Below, piece by piece: positions 13,757-27,450 of a DNA stretch of 47,595 bases (position 1 is the first letter of the stretch; each line of letters opens with the position of its first letter). Made by a program: the position numbers and the translations under genes. Below the pieces are notes generated by a model, which made no database searches, was not told where the DNA came from, and was given only the letters and a program-made list of their open reading frames with translations. This stretch comes from Octopus bimaculoides (Eukaryota): positions 20,915,397 to 20,962,991 of the forward strand of contig NC_068983.1 of NCBI RefSeq assembly GCF_001194135.2, given 5' to 3'.

Positions 13757-14839
13757 CTGTGTGTGTGCGTGTATGCTTGTGTATGTGTGAGGGTGTATGT
13801 ATGCACAAATGTATGCTGCGTGGAAGTGTAAGCATTCCCAGTCACGGATTTTTATAATTCTATTATCAAAAATAACAATATCCAACACTGAAAATAGACT
13901 GGCTATAAACGAAGTCTATATAATTCATTAGGCACAAAAGTAGAATGATTGTGACAAAGAAATTATGACGGTAATAGCACGCCATATTGTCTAAATATAA
14001 CGATGTAATTTTATTTCAGTAATATACAGCTGATTTAAGTCAATTTGCTTTTATTGCTAGTATGAAATCAAATATGTTCTCAGTAAAAGAAAAATCTGAT
14101 GTCTCCCGAAATATGTTTCGTTTGGGACTTGCGATATAATTTCTGAATTATTTTCTAAAACACGTAAGCTTTTGAACACATATAAACGCAGGTGAGGAAC
14201 ATTGTAAAGTTTATCTCTGGAGTGTTAAGACTATATTGGCTGCCTATATTTTTTGTAAAACATAGTTTTGAACTACATATTTTCCGTTCGTTGTTATATG
14301 TCTTTTACAAGTAGATGCAAGCCAATGCTAACTGAATTCATTATTGAACACAAATTTCTATCATTCAAAGGATAACAATATAACTGATAAATTTCGGTAC
14401 ACATTTCTGAAATTACGATTTGGTTTCTAATTTACATCGATGTTCCAAATCTGGGTGATGTGTATTTTTGATCAACTCAGCGTAAACATATTTTAACGTA
14501 CCCAGAATAATTAAAATAATGTCATGATAAATAGCAATGGTATCAGCACATATGGTAGAGCTGCGGAAGCTTTTCAAATACTTTTAGATTACAATTAAAG
14601 GTAAAAGATGAAGACAAGAAATACTTTTTACGGGTAGGGTCTGCATTACTCATATTGAGATTAATATAATGCACATAATGTTCTAATTCAAGGAACAAAT
14701 AATATTTTGCATAAGACTAGCAATTTTGAGTGGGAGAGCAAGTCGCAAAGACTTTTGCACAACTCGTTAAAGATTCTTACAGCTTGCCACTTTACTATAA
14801 AGAATAATATTAACACTATAAATAAAAAATACAACAGTA

Positions 14840-15340
14840 TTTTGAAAATTTCTATCTGCATAAGACACATATGCCCTCCCAACATAGCTGCAAAGAAAGA
14901 TACAGGCACATGCAAAGAGATGCTGGAGCAACATTTTACGTATCGCTATTTTGTGCCGCATTAAAAACGAACTGGAGCGCAAAATCGCCAAGGATCAGCG
15001 TGATTCTTAAGACTTCCTTATAACGACGACAAAAAGAGAACTTAGATGACATAGCCACATGAGAAGACCAAGGGGTCTTACAATAACTATTCTACAAGAA
15101 ATGGTGAAGTAGTAAAAACGGGGCGACAGATAGAGTGAATAATGTTCTGGAAACATGACGAAATAGATATGCAGAACAATAACTGAGATTGGAACTCTGG
15201 TAGACAGCTGAATTTCGGAGAACTGTGTTGTACTGAGTATCATGACAATACCCCCCAACGTCTCCACTAAGATTTAAGTCAAACAAATACTGATACATAA
15301 TATGTGTTGTTAGGAAGTGCAATCCTCTAGCAATTCTGCC
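14840..15340 (+). pseudogene. Possible heavily decayed non-LTR (RTE-like) reverse transcriptase remnant
   Basis: Fragmentary translations ILCRIKNELERKIAKDQRD (cf. LNRI.P.LE..L...Q.GF) and HDNT...YVLLGSAIL (cf. Y.NT...GV.QGD.L) are in the expected order and spacing but broken by many stops and frameshifts. Confidence 0.3.
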
Positions 15341-16677
15341 AAGAAATATGCAATGTTATCACAAAGTGAAAGTATTGAGGGGAAAAAATGGCGAAATGGA
15401 ACAAAGTATTTCAGCATAATGTTTTTAATAGACCCTGGAATAATGAAAGACAAAAAATTAACCGAAAGAACGCTTAAGGTCAGAAAGTAAAGGAATATTA
15501 GTAAATATCGCAAGATATTTTCAATATTGTACTTTACAGGCTGTACTACCGAACTCACCAACGTCTATAATTATTTTCAATTTCACAAACACTCCAGATG
15601 AGTGGAATATATTAAGTGAACCACCTTCTCTAAGAAGAGCATCGAAATATTCCTCTAAGCACAATTCTCCGCACAAAATGACGCGTTTGTTAATGAAGTC
15701 CTCAGTACACTATATTTGAAGATAACAAGAGATGGTCATGGCTGAAACGCTTCTAATTAAACGACTATTCGGTCAAAAAATATCTATTTTTTAATTATTC
15801 CATCTTTATACTAGTGAATAACTCACGAATTCTAAACTATTGACTGTTGAATATTTAATTATTGATTACTTTTGAATCTTAAAATACTTCATCAAACATT
15901 CTAATTAGGATATAATTAACATGAAACCGCTGGTGGTAAGTTGTCCTTTTTTTTTTTAGTTTAGTCAGAGTTAATTGAATAATTTTGATACAATGTGTGT
16001 TCACAAATAATTATAAAATCTGTGTTTCATCTAAACTTTGGAAGCGAGACTGAAACACATAAAATTAAATTTTGCAAGTGAAATTTAACTTAGTTGCCAT
16101 GAACACAATTATATGTGTTTGTAGCATGATTTTGACGAAACATCAATAGGAATTATTTTGACCCTCATCAGCTCTAATCGAGCAGACATATGATCAAACT
16201 CGTTCCTGTTATGACAATCACATGTATTTTCCTAGTCGGAGGTAGCATTGACTGAGGAGACGCAGTGCTATCGAAACGCTGGTTATATCAACTCCTCATA
16301 TTCCAACGAATCGAGTGTTATGAACATAAACTTGTTCTATAATGACGAATGATAACACAAAAAAGATTTACACATTCATGTTCATATCTGTCGGATTGTA
16401 TTAGGTATGAATACATAACCCATCATTTTGATGATCATCGTTCATTGAACACATCAAAATTTATTTTCAGTTTCAAGAAATCGGTATGCATCATTGAGTA
16501 ATTCCATTTCTGAAGTTAGACTCATAACCTTATGCAGCTTCGGCTGAGGGGAAACAACGATGTCGAAACACCGGGGCTCACAAAGAATAAATGTGTAAGT
16601 CAACATCATTAGATATAATGCTACATACTGAATATTCAAAATAATGAAAAAATTATTTTGAAATCTGGTTATTTTAA

Positions 16678-16831
16678 AAGTGTCTTCTACTATAGCCTCG
16701 AGCCGACTAAAGCCTTGTGAATGGATTTGGTAGAAACTTAAAGAAGCCCATTCTATATATATGTATGTATTTGTGTGCGCGTTTGTGCTTGTGTGTGTGT
16801 GCGTATGTGTGTGTGTGTGCATGTGTGTGTG

Positions 16832-16871
<40 letters not shown>

Positions 16872-17089
16872 TGTGTGTGTGTTAATCTGTCCTTCTGCTA
16901 TCGCTTGACTACCGATGCTGGTGTGTTTGTTCTCGTAACTTGGTGGTTCGGCGAAAGGTATCTATAAAATAAGTACTAAGCTTAGAAAAACAAGTCCTCC
17001 GGTGGATTTCTTCGACTAAAGCCCTTTAACACGACGCTCCAGCTTGGCCGCAAGCAAATGAATGAAACAATTAGAAGAACAAATGAATG

Positions 17090-17090
<1 letters not shown>
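16678..17090 (+). mobile_element. tRNA-derived SINE type A, 5'-truncated, with internal microsatellite
   Basis: agtgtcttctactatagcctcg...gactaaagccttgtga...cgcttgac.accgatgctggtgtgttt...gaaacaa matches the full copy at 17240-17646. Confidence 0.9.
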
Positions 17091-17127
<37 letters not shown>

Positions 17128-17239
17128 GCAGATATTTTCAAAATCCTTTGATTTATTTTTCTAGTTTTTAGAAGTAACAAAATAAATATTGCAAACAATT
17201 TCTAAATAGTAATACATTGCAGATTTCTTTGAAGTTAAT

Positions 17240-17646
17240 GCGTGGCTGTGTGGTAAATAGCTTGCTTACCAACCACATAGTTCCGGGTTCAGTTCCACTG
17301 CGTGGCACCTTGGGCAAGTGTCTTCTACTATAGCCTCGGGCCGACTAAAGCCTTGTGAGTGGATTTGGTAGACGGAAACTGAAAGAAGCCCGTCGTATAT
17401 ATGTATATATATTTATATGTATGTGTGTTTGTGTGTCTGTGTTTGTCCCCCCACCATCGCTTGACAACCGATGCTGGTGTGTTTACGTCCCCGTAACTTA
17501 GCGGTCGGGCTTAAGAGACCGATAGAATAAGTACTAGGCTTACAAAGAATAAGTCTTGGGGTCGATTTGCTCGACTAAAGGCGGTGCTCCAGCATAGCCG
17601 CAGTCAAATAACTGAAACAAGTAAAAGAGTAAAGAGTAAAGAGTAA
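17240..17646 (+). mobile_element. tRNA-derived SINE type A, near full length
   Basis: tRNA-like head TGGCTGTGTGGTAA...GGTTCAGTTCC, internal TA/TG tract, (AAAGAGT)n tail. Six related pieces are mutually alignable in this window. Resembles octopus SINE families (recall). Confidence 0.95.
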
Positions 17647-18424
17647 TATAGCTAGGTGCTAAGAAATGTATGTAACATAATTAATGGAACGCACACAGTT
17701 TTATATTTGAAGTTGGATATTGACTGTTTGGATACATACAAGATTAACTGCTGGAATAAACTTAGGGTGCCAGTAAGATGATGAATTAGTTTACTAATTA
17801 AACATAGCAGCTAATGTAAAAGAATAAGGTTGTCGTAGTATGCCTCGTATTATCAATGTTAAGTTTCGAAACTTGATCGATATCCTTGCAAGTAAACGTT
17901 AATACAACGTTGAATCGAAGATTAAAATCATGGAAAACAGCAAAAACTATTGAAAACAAAACAGAAATACACATGAGATATTTAACATCTAATAAATAAT
18001 GTTTCAAAGCTCTACTTAAAAACAAGCTGTTTTCTATTCAGAAATATTCTTGTAATACAATACGTTTCTCCTATTTCCGGAAAATGTCACAGTAATCTCT
18101 TTAAAAATTCTTCAGAAACCTCACTGTAGGTGTCCTAAATTTACATTGTTGTATCATCAGTTGATTTATATTCTTTCATTTCTTTCGTTTGCTTGCTTAG
18201 TTTAATACGCAATGATTTCAGTCTCTTCATTTATGTAGAATTTTTTTTTTTGTGTAACTTCAATCTTCATAAAACTAGTGAAGAGTTCGATATTATTCGC
18301 AACCTATTTATATGAGATTCGTTCATTTATATACAGAGAGAAAAACTTACGCAAGTTTATCCATACATACATACGGATATAATCTCCCGTATACAAATAC
18401 ACATAAACACACAAATACATACAC

Positions 18425-18493
<69 letters not shown>

Positions 18494-19680
18494 CACACTC
18501 AGGGGCATACAACCTCTCTCAGTAACCCGGAATTTTAAGGAAACTTCGTGTGACTCGGTCGATACCTGCTAAGATAACACCAACCAATTATAGAATGAAA
18601 CGCTGGGGAAGTTCCTGAAGTAATATCAGACGTTACATACACAAATTTGAGAGAGAGAGACATACAGACAGACAGAGTCAGAGAGAGGCGGGTGACAATG
18701 AATCAGCTGTTTGAAATCAAGTAAAATCGGCAGCATTACATTGAAGCCGTCATATGCTTTCTGAAGCAACATAAATATTTCTTTCGTTTTGGGGTGGGGT
18801 GTGCTTTAAAACAGTTTATTTAGAAGCAAATAATATATATATATATATCAGCGTATAAATATGTCGTCAGAGCTGTGTTTTCTTCGAGATATATCGTTCC
18901 ACAGCAAGATTTATTTCACATTTTTCGGAAGCATATATTTTCTTATGACGTAAACAAAATAAACATTAATTTGTCGCTTTCAGATGGGCTTCAGTTGTAA
19001 CACAGCGTAGACCAAAATGCCCATTGTTACATTTATTTACCTCTCTTTAGTTCCTCCTTCAATTGCCGTTGTATACGACGTTGTCTTTCATCCTTCTGCA
19101 ATCGATAAAATAAGCAGCACTAGCTAATAATACAAGAAGAAGTTTCCATTAAGAATTCGGGGTCATTGTAGTTAAGTAATGTATGAAATCATTACATTGA
19201 TATTTATAACTATGGCGCCTTACACACAGCTTGAATAAGAACAACAGTCTTGTCATGACTGGTTCTGCAATATTTCAATCTCTCACGGAGTTCCGTACTT
19301 AATAATAATGAAAAACTGAAGTAAAAGCAAAACGAAAAAAAAAAACATAACTAAAATAAAATATATTCACCATGTCTCATTACACAAAATATCCTCCAGC
19401 TATTTACTTAGAATCTAACGTGCACGGGAACATTAGTAAAAATACTAGCGCTGTTGCTTGGTTTTTGTAATTATTTAGCCAATCCTCCTCTGTTTCAGTA
19501 GTACAAGTATTCGAATGCAACGCTCCACTTTGTTGCTTATTCTTTTATTTCATCATTTATTTTCATAGTTTAGTGGTTGAAGTCTGAAATATTGTTCTAC
19601 GTGTATTCTCTCACGGTATCATATACAACCCTGATATAGACAGGGTCAGGCTATTGAAACGAGATAATGTCATACTGCTG

Positions 19681-19759
19681 TCACAATGTATGTCGTTGTT
19701 CTGAGCAGCTATCATTTGATAAAGTTGACAATGTTGTTATGTCAAAGGGTTCAGATACA
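19681..19759 (-). other. Candidate terminal exon (strong minus-strand acceptor)
   Basis: Minus strand gatttttgtttttattttcag|TGTATCTGAACC. Reads (L)YLNPLT* in phase 1 or VSEPFDITTLSTLSNDSCSEQRHTL* in phase 2. No homology recognised. Confidence 0.2.
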
Positions 19760-21365
19760 CTGAAAATAAAAACAAAAAATCTCCACCTCTGCCACACTTC
19801 TCTCTGTCTCTTTCTCCCCCTCTCTCTCTCTCTCTGTCTTTCTCATTATATCTGTCTCTGTCTCTCTGTCAATCATTCTCTCTCTCTTACATACGCTTTG
19901 CGCATATACAAAACACCATCATTTTCTCTCGCACACACATACAGAAACACCAACATCTTCTCTCACCACACGTACAAATACCAATATCTCTTCTCACACA
20001 CGTACAAACGCAGGCATCTACCGTATATGTAATATTTCTATTCATGTATGTATGTATGTATGTATGTATGCATGTATGTATGTATGTATGTATNNNNNNN
20101 NNNCTCTCTCTCTCTCTCTCTCTTTGTTTACCTACCTTTCTGCCTGTTTGTTTTTGTTTCTATCTAGCTATTTATTTATCTATCTATCGATCAATCGATT
20201 GATGAACCTATCTAATTCATTCACTCTCCCCCTCTCTCTCTCTCACTATATATATATGTGTGTGTGTATGTATATATATTTAAATGTATGTATGTATGTA
20301 TGTACGTATGTATGCATGTATGAACGTATGTATTTATGTGCGCGTGTATGTGAATGTGTGTGTATGCACACGCGGGGTCGGATACATACTAACGAACAGG
20401 CACACACACACATTCACAAATACATTCACACACACATGCACACACATATTCACAACGCGCGCACACCCCTCCCCCCACACACACATACACCCCCACACAC
20501 ACACACATACACCCCCCNNNNNNNNNNNNNNNNNNNNNNNNNNNNNNNNNNNNNNNNNNNNNNNNNNNNNNNNNNNNNNNNNNNNNNNNNNNNNNNNNNN
20601 NNNNNNNNNNNNNNNNNNNNNNNNNNNNNNNNNNNNNNNNNCACCCCCCCCCACACACACAAATATGAATATGCAAACAAACACATACACACATATACAC
20701 GCATACAAATACAAATTTGAAATGAACGTACCGAATTTGGAGCTGAGGAGACACACAATGCTTATGCCTACCCATGAATATAATCACTCGCTTACACACT
20801 CAGAAAAACATACATACACATACACACACACACTCACACATATGCACGAACGTACACTTACACAAATAAATATGTCTTCTTTTCTTTTTTTCAAATATTG
20901 CGTTGTTTTCTCATAAAGTAAAACGTGTTTTGGATTCTACCAATAAAATAATATGGGCTATGATGTTTAGAACATGTCGCAGTTTTGCGTTTGGAACCTT
21001 AAATATAATAGCGAGTAATGGGTAGAGAATACGCCTATTGAGATTCCACGTCTATTGTGATATGTAATATATTTGCTTCTCTGCAAGTGCGTTCGGAAAG
21101 AGTATATTTTGAATATTTCTTATATAATGTTGTTTTTACAAATTTCACGTTGAAACAATATACATACATGCATGTATACATACATACAAGCATGCATATA
21201 TATATGTATTTATATTTATGCTTATACTTATATATATATATATGCACAATATAGATATATAGACATATGGATATATACATACACTCACACACCGACACAC
21301 GCACACGTATATATATATAATGTATATATATATATTTATATATGTTTATATACACAATATATACA

Positions 21366-21540
21366 GGCACAGGCGTGGCTGTGTGGTAAGATGCTCGATT
21401 CCCAACCACATGGTTCCGAGTTCAGTCCCACTGCGTCGCACCTTGGGTAAATGTCTTCTACTAAGCCTCGGCCAAGCAACGCCTTGTGACTGGACTTGAT
21501 AGACGGAAACTGAAAGAAGCCGCCGTATGTATATATATAA
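21366..21540 (+). mobile_element. SINE type A, 5' half
   Basis: ggcacaggcgtggctgtgtggtaag...gacggaaactgaaagaagcc, alignable to 17240-17400. Confidence 0.9.
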
Positions 21541-21789
21541 AACTGAGAATGTGTGTCTGTCTGTGTGACTGTATATGTGCATCACTACAACTCGAGAACT
21601 ACCCATGAAAATTTCAAACATAACTTCCTTCGGGTCCATGCAGTGTCATGGGCCAAAATAAGTTTCAACGTCCTGCTTAATGCGAGCCTGGACCAATCTC
21701 TTATCTCTTGCACTATTTCAGTATTACGTGTCAAAAGTGAAACAATAACATCTTTATTGTAATGTGAGATTATACTTTCAGTGCGATGT

Positions 21790-22828
21790 CGGGGTGGGTG
21801 TTAGTGGTGGCCATCCTGGGCGTGTCACATGAGACGGTCTTGTGCATTGGAATGCATGGCATCGAGTTTGCACCCTGTGCATTCATGTCAGCTGCTGTAC
21901 TATCTTCTGGGCCATGCTCAACCAAGACTGTTCGATTTCTGCAGTCCGTACAGCCTCTGCATATTGCCTTTTTAAGGGGAGCAGAATACATGCGTTGATC
22001 TCTTTTCCTACCCTTTTGAGGTGTGTTTATTCCAATTGCTGCACGATTCGTCTACAGATCCATCCATGATGATTTCTCTCTATGATTTTCCTGGTTTTGT
22101 TTCAGCTTTCCATGTTTGTTGTTCCGATAAGTTTTGGGATGGGCAAAGATCCAGCCCTCTCTTTTTCTCCATACCAGCAGGTGCTATTTAAATTAATTTT
22201 ACATACATCCTAAGCTCTGTCAGTTTCTATCCTTATGCATCTTCGTTTTTCCTTTTGGCATCTTGGGTTTTTGTCATTTTTCTTGTCCTTCCTGTTACCT
22301 TTGGATATCAGGGCATCAGTTTTCATGGCTGTGTCAGTTTTTTGTCTGCCTCTGTATCACCACAGTCCAGCTTTGACTATTCATATTGCAGCTGTTGCTG
22401 CTGTCAGTGTCGCATTTTGGGCCAGTAGTGTTCGCAGATTCTTTTTCAGTGCTGTTTTTGAGGTCAGTGATGGTTGCAATTTCTTTTTTGATGCTGTCTG
22501 TTTGTCCTTCATTGGATTCCAGGAATGCGGGATCGCCATTGAGCACTCGTGTCTCTTTCGTTATGCTTTCTAGAAGATTGCTACGTGGCTTGACTAGAGC
22601 ATAGAAGCGTATGAACTCTTGTTTTTTCGAATGATCTGTGCCATGGAGCTGTGGTAACCATAGTTTTTCAAGGCCACCGCTTTTTAGGTCGTTGGACGGA
22701 GAACCCTCGCTCATGCTCCCACCTTGAATGAAGAGACGGAACTCCTCGAAGTCCCAATTTCGGTGCATCTTTCGTATTTTGTTTGCCTGAAACTGACTCT
22801 GTATCAATTTATGGTTGTTGGTCTCCAT
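21790..22828 (-). pseudogene. Decayed LINE ORF1-like coding region with CCCH zinc-finger remnant
   Basis: 164-aa ORF 22828-22334 continues through frameshifts into K/R-rich sequence and DVCKINLNSTCWYGEK-(fs)-EGWIFAHPK (22209-22133, third Cys to Trp). GC content is raised relative to the flanks. No ORF2 follows. ORF1 and clade assignment are inference. Confidence 0.55.
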
Positions 22829-22959
22829 CTGTTGATTTTGTTTTATAGAAAAGGTTGAGAAAGTTAGAAAGTAGAAATGTTTAAAGAGAGAGAGAGTGAT
22901 AGGGAGTTTGCGAGAGTGATACGAAGTGTGTGTTGAAGGAGAGAAAGAAAGGAAAGTTG

Positions 22960-23262
22960 GAATATGAAATAAGGTGTCCTAAACACGTGGTGTCGTTATG
23001 TGTAGGAGAGAAATAAGGTGGTCAATAATAGGGTGGAAGAAAGAGAGAGAAAAGTATCCTAGAATGCTAAGGTGATTCTAAAATGTGTATTATTTTTATG
23101 TAGGTTCAAGATCAATGAGAGATGGAATATGAGATAAGGAGTCTGAAACAAGAGGTGTCGTTATATGTGGGGAGAGAAATATGGTGGTCTATGGGAGAAG
23201 AGAAAGAAAGGAATCGTAGATACATTAAGATGACTCTAAAATAATGTACTTCACGTAGGTGC
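22960..23262. repeat. Diverged about 165-bp tandem duplication upstream of the ORF1-like region (putative LINE 5' UTR)
   Basis: ga.ataagg.gtc...aaaca...ggtgtcgttat.tgt.gg.gagaaata.ggtggtc...tgt.ct...a.gtaggt occurs at about 22966-23105 and about 23131-23260. ggtgtcgttat is at 22989 and 23154. Confidence 0.8.
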
Positions 23263-23320
23263 AAAAAAATCGAAATATATAACTTTAGGAACAACCAGAG
23301 AGAACGAGAGAGAGAGAAAG

Positions 23321-23385
<65 letters not shown>

Positions 23386-23842
23386 TCAAGGAGTAAATGT
23401 AATAGGGTCTAAAAAGTGTGCAACTTTATGGTCGTTCAGAGAGAGAGGGGGAGCGAGGAAAGTGATGTTAAACTCTGAAAAGAGTGAAAGAAAGAAAGAA
23501 AGGAGAAAAGAGTCACTAAGTGCAAAAAGGAATCGAAGTTAAAGGCGTCGATCAGATACAAAATATTAGGAAGGAATGTGTAGGTTATATATGGAAGCAA
23601 GAAAGACTGAAAGAAAAGTGATTGAGGATTGGAATAAAAAGACTTAAAATATTTAACTTTAGAAAATTTTCAATAAGAAACTTACTTAGAATGTGTGAAA
23701 GTTAGAATAAATTCGTCATACCTTATATTCTTGTCAGAGAAAACGATAACAGACGAACTTCAAGATCGCTTAACGGAAGACAATTTCAACGATTTTATTT
23801 TAGTTCAAGTCTACGGACACGTGTTTGAGTTTCAGTTTCGCT

Positions 23843-23882
23843 TTACTCTTTTACTCTTTTACTCTTTTACTTGTTTCAGTCT
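23843..23882 (-). mobile_element. Isolated 3' tail of SINE type A
   Basis: (tactcttt)n-cttgtttcagtc is the reverse complement of gactgaaacaagtaaaagagt... Confidence 0.8.
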
Positions 23883-23959
23883 TTTTTTTTTTTTCAAATC
23901 CGCAACATCTCGGTAGTTTGTCTGTTTGATCTAAGATCATATTGAGCTGTGACAAGTGA

Positions 23960-24175
23960 GGTGGAATGGTGGAATCATTGGAGTGCCGAGCAAAATGTGT
24001 TGTGTTTTTTTTAAGTACGGCTCCTTGCGTTCTGAGTTCAAATCTCGCTTAGGTCTACTTTGCATTTCATCCTTTCTGGTTCGATAAAATATACTTTCAA
24101 TCAAATACAGATGGCAATTTAATTACCAAAACCTTGCCTTTAAATATTAGGCCATATGCCTGTATCAGAAAAGTT
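23960..24175 (+). mobile_element. SINE type B (CORE-like domain), degenerate
   Basis: gcgttctgagttcaaatc...ctactttgcatttcatcctttc..gtcgataaaat, alignable to copies at 42628-42810 and 46171-46350. Confidence 0.75.
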
Positions 24176-25070
24176 CTTTGAGCTGTGATAGATATCAAAC
24201 TCCGTGTAACTAGAATTTGCCTTTTTTTCTTCAGGGTGTTCATGACATAAAAACTTTAATGACATCATTGGCTAAATCTAATCGACTCAAGCAACAATCG
24301 CAAACTATAGCAAAAACGTATGATCTTGTCCCTTTGACTAAAAATCATTATTCGAGTTGTGAGTAAAATAAGAATCTCACTATTTAGATATACACAAACT
24401 TATTTTCCAACAAACTCCGAATCTCTTCTGTTTAATAGAAAACATTGATCTAACGTTAGCCATATTTTATTTTCGTATATCTTTCTTTTTTTGTTTCACA
24501 AAGATCTTCCGTTTTTTTTTTTCTCTTTTATTATTTTTTTTTATCTTTTGCTTATATTCGTTATTCATAATATAAAGTTTTACTAAAATGGCAGTTCTCC
24601 GTTTTGATTAGAAGTTACCTTAAACCATACTCTTTATCCAGGTCACGGTTATTTCTACTTTATCACAAAAGAAACTCTGGAAAAAGTCCAAACTTTTGCT
24701 TCTGTAATAAAAGCAAACAGCGGCCATAAACACTGAATGACACACTCTCTACGTTTAGGCCATTAGAATTTGTTAGTATGGCGCTATCATGTCGAAGCTT
24801 TCTCATAGATCAAAACCGCATTTATTCATGCATATATTTATGTGCGGAGACAGCAGTCGTATATTAGACGGACAGCAGATTCATATTTATATTAGACGCT
24901 CATATAAAAGAAAATAAAAACACACAAACAAAAGAAGCGTTCAGACACTAAATAACGCGTTTGTTCTTATATATATTAAGTAGAAGTTATCATGCGTATG
25001 TGTGTGTATGTATGGCATGCACTTATGTATACGGGTTTATAATCTCCCGCTCTCTCTGTATGTATACGTA

Positions 25071-25107
<37 letters not shown>

Positions 25108-25150
25108 GCCTACAAATGTATGTATAAATACATAGATCTATCTATATCTA

Positions 25151-25183
<33 letters not shown>

Positions 25184-25217
25184 CGATATATTTACATACA
25201 TATAGTGTGTGTACATA

Positions 25218-25255
<38 letters not shown>

Positions 25256-26179
25256 NNNNNNNNNNNNNNNNNNNNNNNNNNNNNNNNNNNNNNNNNNNNN
25301 NNNNNNNNNNNNNNNNNNNNNNNNNNNNNNNNNNNNNNNNNNNNNNNNNNNNNNNNNNNNNNNNNNNNNNNNNNNNNNNNNNNNNNNNNNNNNNNNNNNN
25401 NNNNNNNNNNNNNNNNNNNNNNNNNNNNNNNNNNNNNNNNNNNNNNNNNNNNNNNNNNNNNNNNNNNNNNNNNNNNNNNNNNNNNNNNNNNNNNNNNNNN
25501 NNNNNNNNNNNNNNNNNNNNNNNNNNNNNNNNNNNNNNNNNNNNNNNNNNNNNNNNNNNNNNNNNNNNNNNNNNNNNNNNNNNNNNNNNNNNNNNNNNNN
25601 NNNNNNNNNNNNNNNNNNNNNNNNNNNNNNNNNNNNNNNNNNNNNNNNNNNNNNNNNNNNNNNNNNNNNNNNNNNNNNNNNNNNNNNNNNNNNNNNNNNN
25701 NNNNNNNNNNNNNNNNNNNNNNNNNNNNNNNNNNNNNNNNNNNNNNNNNNNNNNNNNNNNNNNNNNNNNNNNNNNNNNNNNNNNNNNNNNNNNNNNNNNN
25801 NNNNNNNNNNNNNNNNNNNNNNNNNNNNNNNNNNNNNNNNNNNNNNNNNNNNNNNNNNNNNNNNNNNNNNNNNNNNNNNNNNNNNNNNNNNNNNNNNNNN
25901 NNNNNNNNNNNNNNNNNNNNNNNNNNNNNNNNNNNNNNNNNNNNNNNNNNNNNNNNNNNNNNNNNNNNNNNNNNNNNNNNNNNNNNNNNNNNNNNNNNNN
26001 NNNNNNNNNNNNNNNNNNNNNNNNNNNNNNNNNNNNNNNNNNNNNNNNNNNNNNNNNNNNNNNNNNNNNNNNNNNNNNNNNNNNNNNNNNNNNNNNNNNN
26101 NNNNNNNNNNNNNNNNNNNNNNNNNNNNNNNNNNNNNNNNNNNNNNNNNNNNNNNNNNNNNNNNNNNNNNNNNNNNNNN

Positions 26180-26211
<32 letters not shown>

Positions 26212-26589
26212 GCACTCACAACACATATATACACAGATATATACATGCAAAGATTTATATGAAATACGCAGATACAATCACGCATAGACACACATTTATA
26301 CATACATACATATATACATTCATTCATACAAACACACATTCATGCATACATATATATATACATACATACAAACATACACACATATATATACACATGTATG
26401 TATATATATATATATGTGTGTGTGTATATATGTATGTATATATATATATGTATATATTTATATATATATATAGATGCAAAATTATTTGCACATGTATAGA
26501 TATATATACATAAGTTCATATTTATATATATATCAATAGATACATAACTATATATACGCCACACACACGCATATATATATATATATATA

Positions 26590-26628
<39 letters not shown>

Positions 26629-26692
26629 NNNNNNNNNNNNNNNNNNNNNNTATATATATACGCATATATAGATACTACATATATATGTATGC

Positions 26693-26732
<40 letters not shown>

Positions 26733-27099
26733 TTCTATAAAGAGAGGGAGAGAGAAAGTGTATGGACAGACATATACGAGCGCGCACACATACACACGAA
26801 GGCAGATATGAATAACTGTTATATCGCTATTATGTTCCAGTGAAACATAAAACACCTCATATATTGTTTGGTTTCCAAATGATGGTAACCAAATGATGTA
26901 TTCGAGATTGGCAGACGCCCAGCTATTTAAGTATTCTTTAATTGGTCCAGCTGGCATTTATCGTACCGTTTTGTCTAAGTGCTTCGGGGATTTCCTAAAT
27001 CTTTATGTTGAAATTTCTATTCTGAATGGTTAACGGAACTTTGCTTGGGCACTGTATGAGCGAATTCTCTGAGAAAACGAAAGAACACTTCAGGGCGTA

Positions 27100-27195
27100 A
27101 ATGATGCTGATGGGGAGAAGGAGGAGGAGAAGGTGGAGGAGAAGGAGGAGGAGGAGGATGACGACGACAAGAAGAAGAAGAAGAAGAAGAAGAAG

Positions 27196-27226
<31 letters not shown>

Positions 27227-27450
27227 GAAGGAAGAAGTAGAAGTAGAAGTGGAAGAAGAAGACGAAGAAAAAGAAGAGGAGGAATGTGAAAGAAGAGGGA
27301 GAAAAGGGAGAGGAAGAAAAAAGAATAACAACAACAGCAAAACGAAGAGGACAACATACGACCCTCATCACGACGATGTTGATGAAAATGATGTTCAGAA
27401 GAAAGAAGGTGGAAAGGGAGGTAGCGGAAAGGGAGGTGGTGGTAAGAGTG
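27100..27450. repeat. (GGA)n/(AAG)n purine-rich compound microsatellite
   Basis: Direct reading. Confidence 0.95.

Noticed and set aside
16240-16290. CTGAGGA...GAAAC hammerhead-like match
   Set aside because: The CTGAGGA lies in the loop of a competing 9-bp hairpin (ggtagcatt/agtgctatc), stem II has only 2 bp, and stem I is out of register.
17240-17320. tRNA genes at SINE heads (also 10400-10465, 33850-33926, 43629-43700)
   Set aside because: A and B boxes are present but there is no complete cloverleaf, and each continues into a repeated SINE body.
24615-24702. Minus-strand exon candidate with good acceptor (ttttattacag) and donor (AAG|GTAACT)
   Set aside because: Stops in all three frames, so it is not coding. 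It could only be a non-coding exon and there is no evidence for that.
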